Notes: generated from the letters alone by a model not told the origin. A stretch of 64,000 bases of DNA from Leptolyngbya sp. SIOISBB (GCA_010671905.1 JAAHII010000001.1:6098026-6162025); one strand, 5' to 3'; shown: positions 49,130-59,316, counted from the first letter of the stretch. Program-made: numbers and translations.

Positions 49130-49294
49130 TCAAGAAGCAGCATGGTGCTGACGATATTGTTGGAGCATGTGATTCATTTGTTTACACGCTTCCGAATAGG
49201 AATAGCCCTGGCGCTGTTGTAACCATGCGACTAAGTTTGAGTAGCTAGTCTGCTGACGCATCAGGTCATCAAACTCATCAGAAAGGGGAGACAT
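49130..49294 (-). CDS. Small hypothetical protein (54 aa)
   Basis: MSPLSDEFDDLMRQQTSYSNLVAWLQQRQGYSYSEACKQMNHMLQQYRQHHAAS. The internal ATG is preferred. Confidence 0.4.
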   Translation of the reverse strand: MSPLSDEFDDLMRQQTSYSNLVAWLQQRQGYSYSEACKQMNHMLQQYRQHHAAS

Positions 49295-49795
49295 GGAAGT
49301 ACCTAAGAATAATAGGGGCAAGAGCATAACCGAAATCCTGACAAAATCGAATGTGCTAAGACAAACAGCAAAAGGGCAAGCCGATCGCGATCGCCCCTAA
49401 ACGACTACTCTCTATTATGCGTGAGAAATTGGCCGTCTACGCTCCTGAATGGCGACTGCTTGAGGAGGCAGAATATTAACGACAGTTGTAACCCCTCTGG
49501 CCAGACATCGTCGATAGACAACTATTCATAAATTTGGCTTTGAGCCATCACTGTCTCGCTCGAACGCGACGACTCTAACTGGAGATGGTGCACGGTATGG
49601 AGTGTTTGAGATGGTTGGGGTCTTGATGGGAGGAGATTGACCGCAATGAGCGGCATCCTAATTGTCCCTGCGTTTGCTCTGCTTCTTTGGCATGTCAGAG
49701 TGATTAAGCTGCCCTGGATGCGTGGGATTTTGGCTCTTGCCAGGGGTAGAGCTGCGGGAGATGGGCTCCATCCCTAGTCAATGCGGTCCAAAAGG

Positions 49796-50035
49796 TTAGA
49801 AACCGAGCCAAGTAAAAAAGTCTTGTCGAGTAATGAGCTCTAACACTAGCAGCGCGACAAAGCCGACCATCGCAAAGCGGCCATTAATGCGTTCGGCATA
49901 AGCATTCCAGCCAAAGCTTGGGGCGCTTGTGTCAGTCTCGGTGGCTGCCTCCTCAGTGGTCTCTTCGGGAGGCACTGACGAAGTTTCTGGCGTTTCTGAA
50001 GCAGTTGTTTGAGGATCTTGAGAGTCAGAAGTCAT
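49796..50035 (-). CDS. hli: High-light-inducible protein (HLIP, CAB/ELIP/HLIP family)
   Basis: Chlorophyll-binding helix FGWNAYAERINGRFAMVGFVALLVLE. Confidence 0.9.
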   Translation of the reverse strand: MTSDSQDPQTTASETPETSSVPPEETTEEAATETDTSAPSFGWNAYAERINGRFAMVGFVALLVLELITRQDFFTWLGF

Positions 50036-50075
50036 CGTGAGTAATGAGGGGCGATTGTGGACAATCCTAGCTACC

Positions 50076-51197
50076 TTAGCCCAATCGAGTCTCTTGCGAA
50101 AGCGATTGTGGGGTGGAGGAAGTCGAGTTTGAGGAGCATGGGGTTACCGAACCCGGCTGAATGTGAGTTAGGTAGGGCGCGATCGCGGCGGCACTGATTC
50201 CCGCTTTATGGGCAGTCATGACCCCGATCGCCTCTAGATACGAGCGGACTCGAACGGCCTCAATCCCCACTTTCTCAGGGGTAATGGTGAGGGTGGTCGA
50301 GTTGTCTTCGACGGCGATCAGCTGGGCGGCGGTGCCACTGAAGCTTAGTAGACCGCTGCCCCCAAAGGCCGTTGCCGGAGCAATCACCGCATCCACCTGG
50401 TTTCGCCTTAAGGTGTCGGGTGGGCGATCGCCCTGAGTGACAAATTGAGGGGCTCGACTAAGTCCTGCCAACACACAGGGCAAAAACGTATGGCCGAGTT
50501 CTTCAGCCGCTGATTTAGGCGCCAGCGTAGGGTCTAACGGTAGCGGGCACAAGGCCGGGGCATGGGCACAAGGAATCTGTAGGTGACGGACTAACAAGTG
50601 ACTAATCACCGCTTCTGCGCCCGCTAAGGGATCAACTCCCTGTCCTTGACGATAGTTCTGCAGTGCCGTCGAATCTTCATCGTCGGGAAAACGGACGACC
50701 ACCGCGATCGCCTCTGCCCCCCATTGCACTAGTCGTTCGGCTGCCCGTAGCAAGGTTCCCGGATTCGCAATGGTGCCCCAAGTCGCGCCGGACTCAGCCG
50801 TCTGCAGCGTGACCCCAACCGGGGCATCGGTTACCGCATAATCCGTCATCGAGAGCCCTAACGTGGCGCGAGCGGCGTCTGCTGCCTGTAGATGCCGCCA
50901 GCGTAGGGACGCTTCAATCTCGGCATCGAGTAAAAGGCCAATCCGATTGCGATGAACAGGCCGCAGCCCCCAATTGCCGGCCGCGAACTGGTCCAAACCG
51001 TACCCTTCGACATATAACGCATTGGGCAAGGGCCAGTACAGTTGCGCTCCGTTTAATACGTTGGGATGGGTGATGATCGTATCGGCAATCTGCGCGATCG
51101 CCCGCGCAACGGGTAAAGCATCCCCGGCATAACCACCAATTGCGGCCCCCACCCCTGTCGGCACAATGAGAACAGCGGTATAGGGCCGTTGAAACAT
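50076..51197 (-). CDS. DUF3326 domain-containing protein
   Basis: YTAVLIVPTGVGAAIGGYAGDALPVAR N-terminus, as I recall it for the cyanobacterial DUF3326 family. Confidence 0.65.
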   Translation of the reverse strand: MFQRPYTAVLIVPTGVGAAIGGYAGDALPVARAIAQIADTIITHPNVLNGAQLYWPLPNALYVEGYGLDQFAAGNWGLRPVHRNRIGLLLDAEIEASLRWRHLQAADAARATLGLSMTDYAVTDAPVGVTLQTAESGATWGTIANPGTLLRAAERLVQWGAEAIAVVVRFPDDEDSTALQNYRQGQGVDPLAGAEAVISHLLVRHLQIPCAHAPALCPLPLDPTLAPKSAAEELGHTFLPCVLAGLSRAPQFVTQGDRPPDTLRRNQVDAVIAPATAFGGSGLLSFSGTAAQLIAVEDNSTTLTITPEKVGIEAVRVRSYLEAIGVMTAHKAGISAAAIAPYLTHIQPGSVTPCSSNSTSSTPQSLSQETRLG

Positions 51198-51211
51198 GGA
51201 CAGCAGCGGGC

Positions 51212-51385
51212 CTATTTATCGGTGACAACGGCCTCGACTTTAGCCGTCTTTTGCGTCTCATCCACTTCGGCGATCGCCCAGCGCAAAGGTTCGCCGCGCT
51301 TTTGCAGTTCCGCTTCCACCTTTTGTGGCAGTTCTGCCGGATTTTCGGTCAGGTCAATTTCTGCAGCAATGAAGTGAGTTGTCAT
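51212..51385 (-). CDS. Small conserved-looking protein (57 aa), missing from the ORF track
   Basis: ATG 51385 is preceded by gggagaag. Reads MTTHFIAAEIDLTENPAELPQKVEAELQKRGEPLRWAIAEVDETQKTAKVEAVVTDK. The stop lies 14 nt before the DUF3326 start. Confidence 0.55.
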   Translation of the reverse strand: MTTHFIAAEIDLTENPAELPQKVEAELQKRGEPLRWAIAEVDETQKTAKVEAVVTDK

Positions 51386-51476
51386 CGGTCTTCTCCCAAT
51401 AATCTGAAGTTTAAATGCCTCTCAGCGATCGCTCAGGCTGGATTAGCCGCTGCACTCGCTAAGACCAGAATCGTCT

Positions 51477-51797
51477 CTAAGACGGTTGACCAAACTGCTT
51501 TTGATAAACCACGTCTTCTTTTTCGGTTTCCAGCTTGATATCAGAACGCGGAAAGGCCACGCACAGGAGGGCATAGCCTTCGGCTTGCAAATCTGGCCCC
51601 ACTCCCATGCCGTCTGATTGATCGATGTTGCCTTCGGTAATGAGGGCCGCACAAGTAGTGCAGACACCGGCACTACAGGAAAATGGCAGGTCTAATCCAG
51701 CCTCGTTGGCAGCAGTCAGAATAGTTTTGTCTTCCGGCACCTGAATGCTGGTGACAGTGCCTTGATGCTTAATTTCAACAGTGTACGTATTGGCCAT
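51477..51797 (-). CDS. Plant-type [2Fe-2S] ferredoxin
   Basis: CSAGVCTTCAALITEG ... LLC cysteine ligand pattern in a 106-aa protein. Confidence 0.92.
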   Translation of the reverse strand: MANTYTVEIKHQGTVTSIQVPEDKTILTAANEAGLDLPFSCSAGVCTTCAALITEGNIDQSDGMGVGPDLQAEGYALLCVAFPRSDIKLETEKEDVVYQKQFGQPS

Positions 51798-51919
51798 TGA
51801 CAGTTATTTAAAGACGGTCTCACAGGTGTAAACGACAATCATAGGTGCCACTCATGGTTGCCAACAAGGGCCCTGCCAGGTTGACAGCGAGCGATCGCAC
51901 CGCTTAAAAGACGGGTGAA

Positions 51920-52105
51920 CTATCCGTTGGTATCAGTTGCCGGAAAAACATCATCAAACTCAGCGAGCAAGTCGTCAATTTCTTCCAGCGCTTGGTTAAC
52001 ATCAATTCGTAACATGCCGATATCAGGTTGTTCTAGTAGCTTTACCAGAGCTTCCCGTTTGCCGCGAATCAGCTCTACCCGGTCTCGAATCGCTTGCTTG
52101 TTCAT
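51920..52105 (-). CDS. Small hypothetical protein (61 aa)
   Basis: Helical, acidic ORF: MNKQAIRDRVELIRGKREALVKLLEQ... Confidence 0.45.
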   Translation of the reverse strand: MNKQAIRDRVELIRGKREALVKLLEQPDIGMLRIDVNQALEEIDDLLAEFDDVFPATDTNG

Positions 52106-52276
52106 GCTTGTTTTGCGCTCTCCAGTTAATAAGCATAGGCAACTTTGGGGCTAGAGGAAACCGCTTCCCCAAGGTTTTGCCTGTTGCCCAAGTCGATACT
52201 AGCGGCCTCAGCGATCGCTAAAACCATACATCCCATCCCCCTCTAGCATGAACTGGTTACTAGTCTTATGACCGGA

Positions 52277-53479
52277 CTATTCTGATGGGACGCTAAAGGG
52301 CGCATCGACCGGTTCGAGTTCCCCCCTGGCGACGAGAGCCTGATGAATGATGGCAATGAGATCGGCGCGGGTCGCAGGCTTCCAGGGCTCTAACTGTTGT
52401 GGGTCGGGATGATTGACAATCAGCCCCTGAGAAGCGGCTGCCGCTACTTGCGATCGCGCCCAAGCCGGCAGTTCTTGAGAACCTTGAAAGCGATTGATCG
52501 TGCCCTCCACATCTTCCGGTGGGGGTAACTCTAGACCCGTCGCCATGGTGATAAACACTTGATATCGGGGGACCAGTTCATCCGGTTTGAAGTCGCCTTC
52601 GGGGAAGCCGGTCATGTAACCTGCTTCGACGACTTGTTTGATGTCATTAGCGGCCCAAAAATCACCTGGCACATCCGTAAAGGTGAGCGATCGCTTAGGC
52701 GGCACCTCTCCCACAAAAGATTTATTGAGTAAAGCCGCTAACTCCGCACGGGTGAGCTCTTTGTCAGGCTTCAGCTCGCCGCTGGGCAGGTCAGGCAACA
52801 ACCCAGCTTCAAACAGGCTGACGATGTACGGATAGGCCCAATAGTCTTCAGACACATCGGCAATACTTAATTCTGGCAGGGGTTCGGGGTCGACAGCCGG
52901 ATTGTCTGGTGAGGTCGAAACCGAACCATTGGGCGTCCCCTCAGCAGCTGCATCTGCCGCATCGGGAATAACCTCTCCTCCAGGTATGGTTTGGGCATCG
53001 ACCGCCGTCCCTGGCGAGGCGGCATCTGAGGCGGTCGCACTTGCGCCTGAGTCAGGTCCGGTGCCGCTGTCAGAGGGTCGCCCCGAGCCGCTATCGCTGC
53101 GGTTTAGGTCAGCGTCAATGTCGTTGCCATTGCGCGAGCCCGTGATTGTATCGGCAGCATTGGCATCGGCACCAGCATTACCATTCCCACCAGCAAATAA
53201 CCCCCCAAAGAAGCCCCCAAGACCGTCGCGACGCTGTACTGAAGAGTCTTCTCCATCAGCCTCTAAAGCCATCGGCGCTGCCTCTTCCACGAGACCGCTA
53301 TCAGCCAGTTGAGGCAGATTCACGACTGGGGCAAAAAGTTGTTGTCCGCGTGTCCATCCCCACCAGAGAATGGCACCCACTGACAATAAAGCAATCGCCA
53401 CCGCGATCGCTTCGTCATTGTCTCGCCGTTGGCCCGCAGGCGGTTGCTCGTTAGGTTCAGGAGGGGGCAGATTAACCAT
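52277..53479 (-). CDS. SLH-domain protein with N-terminal TM anchor and low-complexity linker
   Basis: TM segment AIAVAIALLSVGAILWWGW, a G/D/S/A-rich linker, then SLH-like units (YWAYPYIVSLFEAGLL, FWAANDIKQVVEAGYMTGF, LPAWARSQVAAAASQGLI). Confidence 0.75.
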   Translation of the reverse strand: MVNLPPPEPNEQPPAGQRRDNDEAIAVAIALLSVGAILWWGWTRGQQLFAPVVNLPQLADSGLVEEAAPMALEADGEDSSVQRRDGLGGFFGGLFAGGNGNAGADANAADTITGSRNGNDIDADLNRSDSGSGRPSDSGTGPDSGASATASDAASPGTAVDAQTIPGGEVIPDAADAAAEGTPNGSVSTSPDNPAVDPEPLPELSIADVSEDYWAYPYIVSLFEAGLLPDLPSGELKPDKELTRAELAALLNKSFVGEVPPKRSLTFTDVPGDFWAANDIKQVVEAGYMTGFPEGDFKPDELVPRYQVFITMATGLELPPPEDVEGTINRFQGSQELPAWARSQVAAAASQGLIVNHPDPQQLEPWKPATRADLIAIIHQALVARGELEPVDAPFSVPSE

Positions 53480-53714
53480 GATGTTTTAGCTGAGGCATTA
53501 ACAGTCGGCTTTTATAGGGTAATCCTACTGCCAATAGGGAATTCCTTCACCTGCATTGACGATTAAAAACAGATTTGTCTCTCTCGGTAGTCAATAAGCC
53601 CGCCTATGTGTAAATCGGCGCACCCACTGTTGAATGACATGTCATATCCACCATCGACTGCCACCGTGAATAAATCAGTTGCCGAAATATTGGCGCAAGC
53701 AGGAGTCTTCAGGA

Positions 53715-54635
53715 TTATGTTGCTGGCTGAGGCGGCGTAAACACCACTTTGGGTAACAGGCGAGTTTCGTCCGTGTCGGGGACAAACGCCCAGGCGGTGA
53801 TGCCCAAGAAGGTCTGCTCTGGGCCATAAACCTGATAGTACGGACACTGCAGGTCTGCGCTGCGAAACTTATAAGGAATCTTTTGCCCTTGTTGCCAGCG
53901 TCTTGCCCAGTCTGATGGCAGCTCAATCCGGGGATGATGTTGCAAGGCAACCACTGGCGAGATGGGCTGATATGTCCCCGCTTGCAGCTGTGATTCGAGC
54001 GCCTCTAGGGTGATGCTACTGTCGAGGGTAAAGCCGCTGCTTTTAGTCCGTTCTAGAGCCGCCAAGGTGCCGCCGACCCCTAATTTATCGCCTAAGTCTC
54101 TGGCAATGGAGCGAATGTAGGTACCAGCACCACAAGTAATGTCGACCGTCAACTCGGGAAACTCTCCTGGTTGCCAAGCGATCGGCACAATGTGGTGAAT
54201 GGTGACGGTCCGCTTGGGCACGTCGAAGGTTTGGCCTTGGCGAGCCAAATCGTATAGTCGCTTGCCTTGTACCTGCACCGCACTGTAGCGGGGTGGCGTC
54301 TGTTCAATCGTGCCGATAAAGGCATCCAGTAATGCGATCGCCTTGGCCTCTGTTAGCTCACTGGCTCCAGATGACTGGAGTATCTCCCCTTCCAAATCGT
54401 CAGTCGTGGTAGATAGGCCGAACCGCATAACCGCCCGGTAGGCTTTATCTGACGGCAAAAATTGCAGCAGTCGGGTGGCCCGTCCCAACGCCATCGGCAA
54501 GACTCCAGACGCGGCCGGATCTAAAGTGCCGCCATGTCCAACCTTCTTCTGCTGGAGCAACCGCCGGACTTTAGCAACACAGTCGTGGGATGTCCAGTTC
54601 AGAGGTTTATAGAGGTTGAGAAATCCGGCTAACAC
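53715..54635 (-). CDS. truB: tRNA pseudouridine(55) synthase
   Basis: GFLNLYKPLNWTSHD and GHGGTLDPAASGVL motifs. Confidence 0.95.
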   Translation of the reverse strand: MLAGFLNLYKPLNWTSHDCVAKVRRLLQQKKVGHGGTLDPAASGVLPMALGRATRLLQFLPSDKAYRAVMRFGLSTTTDDLEGEILQSSGASELTEAKAIALLDAFIGTIEQTPPRYSAVQVQGKRLYDLARQGQTFDVPKRTVTIHHIVPIAWQPGEFPELTVDITCGAGTYIRSIARDLGDKLGVGGTLAALERTKSSGFTLDSSITLEALESQLQAGTYQPISPVVALQHHPRIELPSDWARRWQQGQKIPYKFRSADLQCPYYQVYGPEQTFLGITAWAFVPDTDETRLLPKVVFTPPQPAT

Positions 54636-54867
54636 AGTGGAAGAATACTAGAGAACAAAATTCTGATAGGTCGTTCTAGACAGTTGAGCTTGGCAGGTGA
54701 TCCAGCCATCTGTGAAATTCTGGTGGAGAGCAACCGTAGATAAAGTAGGGGAACAAGCAGAATCATTTATACAGGGTACTCAATCGTTACGGCTAATCGC
54801 TTTGTTCAAGGGCAAATGATGAGGGGACACCCAATGGTACAGAGCGAGAAGAAGCCCTAATTATTAG

Positions 54868-55734
54868 CTATCCACCCTCGTCTTTTGGAAAGGGTTCTGG
54901 GTGTGACTCATGCTCTACTTCGAAGACGTGGCCATACAAACTAGAGAGAATCTGCTTACCTTCTTGAGTGAGTTTGAGATAAGTAATGGCATCTTTAATA
55001 AAGGGATACACCGTTTTCCAGTAAAAGCGGGGATAGTTGCGACGTAAATCTTCAGGGTGGCGATAGCCCAACTGCTCATTCACTCCAGTTTCTTCAAATT
55101 CGTAAAATAGCGCTGGAATTTTGTGCAGATAGCGAGGATCTGACAGTTGGCCGATCAAATCAGCGGCCCGCACCAAGCCCGGAAAGTTGAGGGTGTCTTG
55201 ATGATCGCCATCTAAAGGAACTGGGAATCGCGTCAGCTCAATGTTGCGCTTGATAATTTCAGCGTTGATCAGACCATGACCCCCAAAGCGTTCTTGGACA
55301 AATAACTTCCCGCGATCGACGTGATAAGGAGTCAGACTGGCATCGGTATACCCTTCCTGAAACTGTACCGTTTCGTCTTCCTTACCCGTGGCATAGAACC
55401 GAAGAGAAACCATATCCTGACGACACACCCCTTTGACATAACCAATGTCGTGACACACCAGCGAAATCGTGAAATGCAGCCAGTCTTCGCACGATACTCG
55501 ACCTTCTCGGATATGCTTGCCCCGCAAAATTTGCTGACCCACCAAGGTCACAAACATCGCGTGTTCGACATCGTGATACAGAGCATTACTGTTGGCGATG
55601 GTTTCGACCCCCATGTTGCCAACCCAAGCAATGATGTCGGCGTAGTCGGTTTTCAGGCCGCCATAGGTCTGGGTGTAATTAGACCGTAACTCGGAGACAA
55701 AAGCATTGCCGAGAATTTTGTTGGGATTGATCAT
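54868..55734 (-). CDS. HD-domain metal-dependent phosphohydrolase (paralog 2)
   Basis: YHDVEH ... VCHDIGYVKG. Paralog of 32260-33108. Confidence 0.7.
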   Translation of the reverse strand: MINPNKILGNAFVSELRSNYTQTYGGLKTDYADIIAWVGNMGVETIANSNALYHDVEHAMFVTLVGQQILRGKHIREGRVSCEDWLHFTISLVCHDIGYVKGVCRQDMVSLRFYATGKEDETVQFQEGYTDASLTPYHVDRGKLFVQERFGGHGLINAEIIKRNIELTRFPVPLDGDHQDTLNFPGLVRAADLIGQLSDPRYLHKIPALFYEFEETGVNEQLGYRHPEDLRRNYPRFYWKTVYPFIKDAITYLKLTQEGKQILSSLYGHVFEVEHESHPEPFPKDEGG

Positions 55735-55942
55735 TCGCTTTAGAGGGCCGAAAGGAATACTTCGCGCAGGCTGTAAAACTGTTCTATCTCATCTAACAAG
55801 GGGGAAACAAGCTTATCAAGACTCTTCACACCCGGTTCAAATTAAGCGCCCCAAGGGGGTTTATATGACCCTATAGAACAGCGATCACGATGCACCTTAA
55901 TCTCAACTTCAGTTGTGCCAATCGGGATTACGCAAACATTTA

Positions 55943-55962
55943 CTGGAATGATTGTTCTAAAA
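55943..55962. promoter_or_regulatory. Candidate TetR operator, copy 1
   Basis: ctggaatgattgttctaaaa lies 30 nt upstream of the tetR GTG. The core ctgga.tgattgttc recurs inverted at 56669-56687. Confidence 0.45.
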
Positions 55963-55991
55963 TTAATTATGTCGTCTGTAGCGGTGAAGCT

Positions 55992-56567
55992 GTGGCTCGA
56001 ACTAAAAAATTTGATCCTCAACTAGCCCTATCAAAGGCGATGGCAGTGTTTTGGGAACAAGGTTATACGGCGACGTCAATTCAGGATCTCGTGGAGGCCA
56101 TGGGCATTCATCGAGGCAGTTTGTACGATACTTTTCAGGGCAAGCGGCAACTATTTTTAGAAGCGATCGCCCTTTATCAAGACACCATTGTACAAGCGGC
56201 GATCGCCCACCTCAAGGCTCCTGGCGCTGCTCGCTCCGCAATTGAACGGCATTTTTGGCAACTGGCAGAACGCTCTGCTGAACAGCCCTGCGGCTGTTTA
56301 ATCACCAATACCCTGGTGGAACTAGCGCCCGAGGATGCGGAGTTAGTGGCGATTCTTAACCAGGGAATACAACAAGTCGAAGATGCGTTTTTTCAAGCCC
56401 TGGTGCGCGCCCAAGATCAGGGCGAAATCGGGGCCCATCAAGATATTCGGACGCTGGCCCACTACCTCACCACTAGTCTGCAAGGGTTACGTGTGATGTC
56501 TCGACTCAACCCTCATGCCGATTCCCTAAAGCAAACTATACGGCTCATTCTCAAAGCCTTGGACTAA
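55992..56567 (+). CDS. TetR/AcrR family transcriptional regulator
   Basis: ARTKKFDPQLALSKAMAVFWEQGYTATSIQDLVEAMGIHRGSLYDTF is a canonical TetR HTH. GTG 55992 is preferred over the upstream ATG 55890. Confidence 0.9.
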   Translation: MARTKKFDPQLALSKAMAVFWEQGYTATSIQDLVEAMGIHRGSLYDTFQGKRQLFLEAIALYQDTIVQAAIAHLKAPGAARSAIERHFWQLAERSAEQPCGCLITNTLVELAPEDAELVAILNQGIQQVEDAFFQALVRAQDQGEIGAHQDIRTLAHYLTTSLQGLRVMSRLNPHADSLKQTIRLILKALD

Positions 56568-56668
56568 AACGGCAAAATCGATTTTCGCAGGGAATTAACC
56601 TCACAACCAACAGGTGGATACGGCTACGCGCCTTAACTCAGTCAACTCTCAGGAATTCCTCATCTCTT

Positions 56669-56687
56669 TTTTGAACAATCAGTCCAG
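56669..56687. promoter_or_regulatory. Candidate TetR operator, copy 2 (inverted)
   Basis: ttttgaacaatcagtccag is the reverse complement of ctggactgattgttcaaaa. It lies 34 nt upstream of the peroxiredoxin-like ATG. Confidence 0.45.
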
Positions 56688-56720
56688 AATAAGATTGTCG
56701 ATACAAGGAGTCCAACCCTC

Positions 56721-57377
56721 ATGACTTTGACCCAAGACCTGGCAAACTTAGCAGCACAGAATGCTGACAGAATTCCCGCTGCAGCTCAAGCTGTCATGGC
56801 CCAAGCCGGTGCTGACATTGCTCAACTTGGTATAGAAGACCAAAGCTTAAAGACCGGCGATCGCCTGCCCGAATTCACCTTAACCAATGCGTTGGGCAAT
56901 CCAGTCGCCATTGCTGACCTGCTACAGCAAGGTCCTTTGGTGATTGCGTTTTATCGAGGCGGTTGGTGTCCGTATTGCAATCTGGAACTGCGGGCACTGC
57001 AGCAAGCGTTACCAGCGATCAAGGCTGAGGGCGCACAGTTAGTGGCGATCGCACCTGAAACGCCCGACCATTCCCTCTCCACTCAGGAAAAGAACGAGCT
57101 GACCTTTGAAGTGCTGAGCGACATTGGCAATCAAGTCGCGCGGGAGTTTGGCCTGGTCTTTACCCTGCCCGAATCGCTCCTCCCGATTTATCAAAGCTTT
57201 GGCATTGATGTCGCCGCCCACAATGGCGATGAGAACTTTGAGCTTCCCGTACCCGCGACCTACGTTGTCACTCCCGAAGGGAAAATCGTTCACCATTTCG
57301 TCAATGTTGACTACAAGCAGCGAGAAGATCCCGAAGCTATTTTGACGGTATTGAAATCCCTCAAGGTCACGGCATAG
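56721..57377 (+). CDS. Peroxiredoxin-like (AhpC/TSA, redoxin) family protein
   Basis: FYRGGWCPYCNLELRAL thioredoxin-fold active site. aaggag RBS at 56705-56710. Confidence 0.85.
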   Translation: MTLTQDLANLAAQNADRIPAAAQAVMAQAGADIAQLGIEDQSLKTGDRLPEFTLTNALGNPVAIADLLQQGPLVIAFYRGGWCPYCNLELRALQQALPAIKAEGAQLVAIAPETPDHSLSTQEKNELTFEVLSDIGNQVAREFGLVFTLPESLLPIYQSFGIDVAAHNGDENFELPVPATYVVTPEGKIVHHFVNVDYKQREDPEAILTVLKSLKVTA

Positions 57378-57494
57378 TTTCGCTGACAACTAAGTGACGC
57401 ATCCTCATGGCTCAGGCTAGTGTCCCAGGCTGGGATGAAGCTGGGACGCTAGTTTTTGTCACTAATTCCACTGCGTCAACGAATAAATCAACTG

Positions 57495-58004
57495 TTAACG
57501 CGAAGGTTTGCCGTGGCATTGCTTATATTTTTTGTTGCTGCCGCACCAGCAAGGCTCATTGCGTTTCGGTTCCACTGGGGGCAGATGGTCGCCATCGAGA
57601 TAAAACCAAACGCCTTTCTGTTTTTGGAAGCGCGATCGCTCATGGATTTGGTTGGGTTGATCGGCCTGAAATCGAGCGACAAATTCAACCATTCCGGTAT
57701 CGTCAGTGGGCTGGCCCTGCTGGGTGGCGAGAATAGTCAGTCCTAGCCAGATCGTGTTCTGCATACTTTTGCTCAGGGCGGCGCGATCGCTAAAGCGGCG
57801 TTTCGTTGGGTGGTGGGTTGCCATCAAGTAGTCGACATTATTTGAACAGTAGGCGGTGTAGCGCGATCGCATCAACGCCTCTGCCGTCGGAGCCGCTTTT
57901 TGGCCCGATAGGTAAGGTTCGCAGCAGCTCAGAAAGGGCCGCTGACTGCCACAAGGACATTGAGAAAAAGCTGTCATAGCATCAGTTCTGTGCGATGGAG
58001 TCAC
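57495..58004 (-). CDS. YchJ family protein (UPF0225, SEC-C motifs)
   Basis: CPCGSQRPFLSCC near the N-terminus and CWCGSNKKYKQCHG at the C-terminus. Confidence 0.85.
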   Translation of the reverse strand: MTPSHRTDAMTAFSQCPCGSQRPFLSCCEPYLSGQKAAPTAEALMRSRYTAYCSNNVDYLMATHHPTKRRFSDRAALSKSMQNTIWLGLTILATQQGQPTDDTGMVEFVARFQADQPNQIHERSRFQKQKGVWFYLDGDHLPPVEPKRNEPCWCGSNKKYKQCHGKPSR

Positions 58005-58193
58005 ACCCCGAAGACAAGGGGGCTTGGGGTGTCAGGATAGCAGGGTGGCATGAGCAGTCAGAATTTAAGGAATCGATATCAGCCTATTGGGGTTGGATTG
58101 TACGTGTCCAGCGATCGCTGGGCTCAGTCTCGACCTCAGCCAACACAATGCATAGCACCGATGAGGGACAACTCAATCCACGAAATGAAACTT

Positions 58194-59162
58194 TCAAAGT
58201 GGATGTGCTTTCAAAGTGGGATTCGGTGGCAACTCGATGCAAGGTTCGCCATGACAGGGATTGACTTCAACCAGCATATGGGCCAAAGAAGTGATGTGAG
58301 CCAGCAGTTTTTTGTACTCTTCAGGGGCTTTGGGATAATGGGTCACAATTGAAATTGTCGCCGCTAACTGGTTTGGGGTGAGACACCACACATGCAGGTC
58401 AGCGATCCGGTTATCGGCATCCGCTTCAATCGCCGTCATAATATCCAGCTTGATTTTCTTGTCAGCCGCCGCATCAAGCAGCCCTGCACTGGTGTCTTTA
58501 ATTAAGCTATGAGCCCATTTCGTAATGACGGCCGCTCCGACCAGGCCCATCAATGCATCCATCCAAACCCAGTCTAAATACTTGCCCGCAAACAAGGCCA
58601 CAATGGTAAAAACAGACGTCAAAGCATCCGCTAAAACGTGGAAATAAGCCGCCCGCAAGTTGTGATCATGAGCATGATGGTGGTCATGGTCATGGTGATG
58701 ATGATCGTGGTGCTCATGCAATAGCCAAGCACTGGCCAAATTGACTAACAGACCGAGGCTAGCCACCCCAATCGACTCATTGAACTGAATCAGTTGGGGT
58801 TGAAAAAATCGCTCAACTGACTCAAATGCCATTAAAAAAGCCACCACCGCTAAGGCGATCGCACTGGCAAACCCACCCAGCATGCTGACCTTACCCGTAC
58901 CAAATGTGTATTGCGGATCAGCGGCATGATTACGGGCATACCGATAAGCAAAAATCGTAATCCCAAAAGCCGCCACATGCGTGGCCATATGCCAGCCATC
59001 AGCGAGCAAAGCCATGGAACCAAACACGGTGCCCGCAGCGATTTCGGTCGCCATCATGACGGCCGTGAAAACCGTCACAATTTTGGTGTTTTTTTCCGCT
59101 TGGCTTTGGACTTCAGAAAAGTCATGCAAGTGCTGCCATTGGTCAAGCGTATGAATATGCAT
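58194..59162 (-). CDS. Cation diffusion facilitator exporter (DmeF/CzcD-like)
   Basis: ALLADGWHMATH and FHVLADALTSV TM motifs, with a His-rich loop HEHHDHHHHDHDHHHAHDH. Confidence 0.88.
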   Translation of the reverse strand: MHIHTLDQWQHLHDFSEVQSQAEKNTKIVTVFTAVMMATEIAAGTVFGSMALLADGWHMATHVAAFGITIFAYRYARNHAADPQYTFGTGKVSMLGGFASAIALAVVAFLMAFESVERFFQPQLIQFNESIGVASLGLLVNLASAWLLHEHHDHHHHDHDHHHAHDHNLRAAYFHVLADALTSVFTIVALFAGKYLDWVWMDALMGLVGAAVITKWAHSLIKDTSAGLLDAAADKKIKLDIMTAIEADADNRIADLHVWCLTPNQLAATISIVTHYPKAPEEYKKLLAHITSLAHMLVEVNPCHGEPCIELPPNPTLKAHPL

Positions 59163-59316
59163 AAGGCTCCTGGACTGTAGCGATACGAGCAGCCTTTGCC
59201 AAAGGGTTGACGATCTTTAGCAAACACTAAGGACTAATTGCAAATAGGTTGGCCTTATATTGCTTGGCTAAAGGGCCTCGATCTGGCCTGGTTCACAATC
59301 CAACCAGGGCCATATT

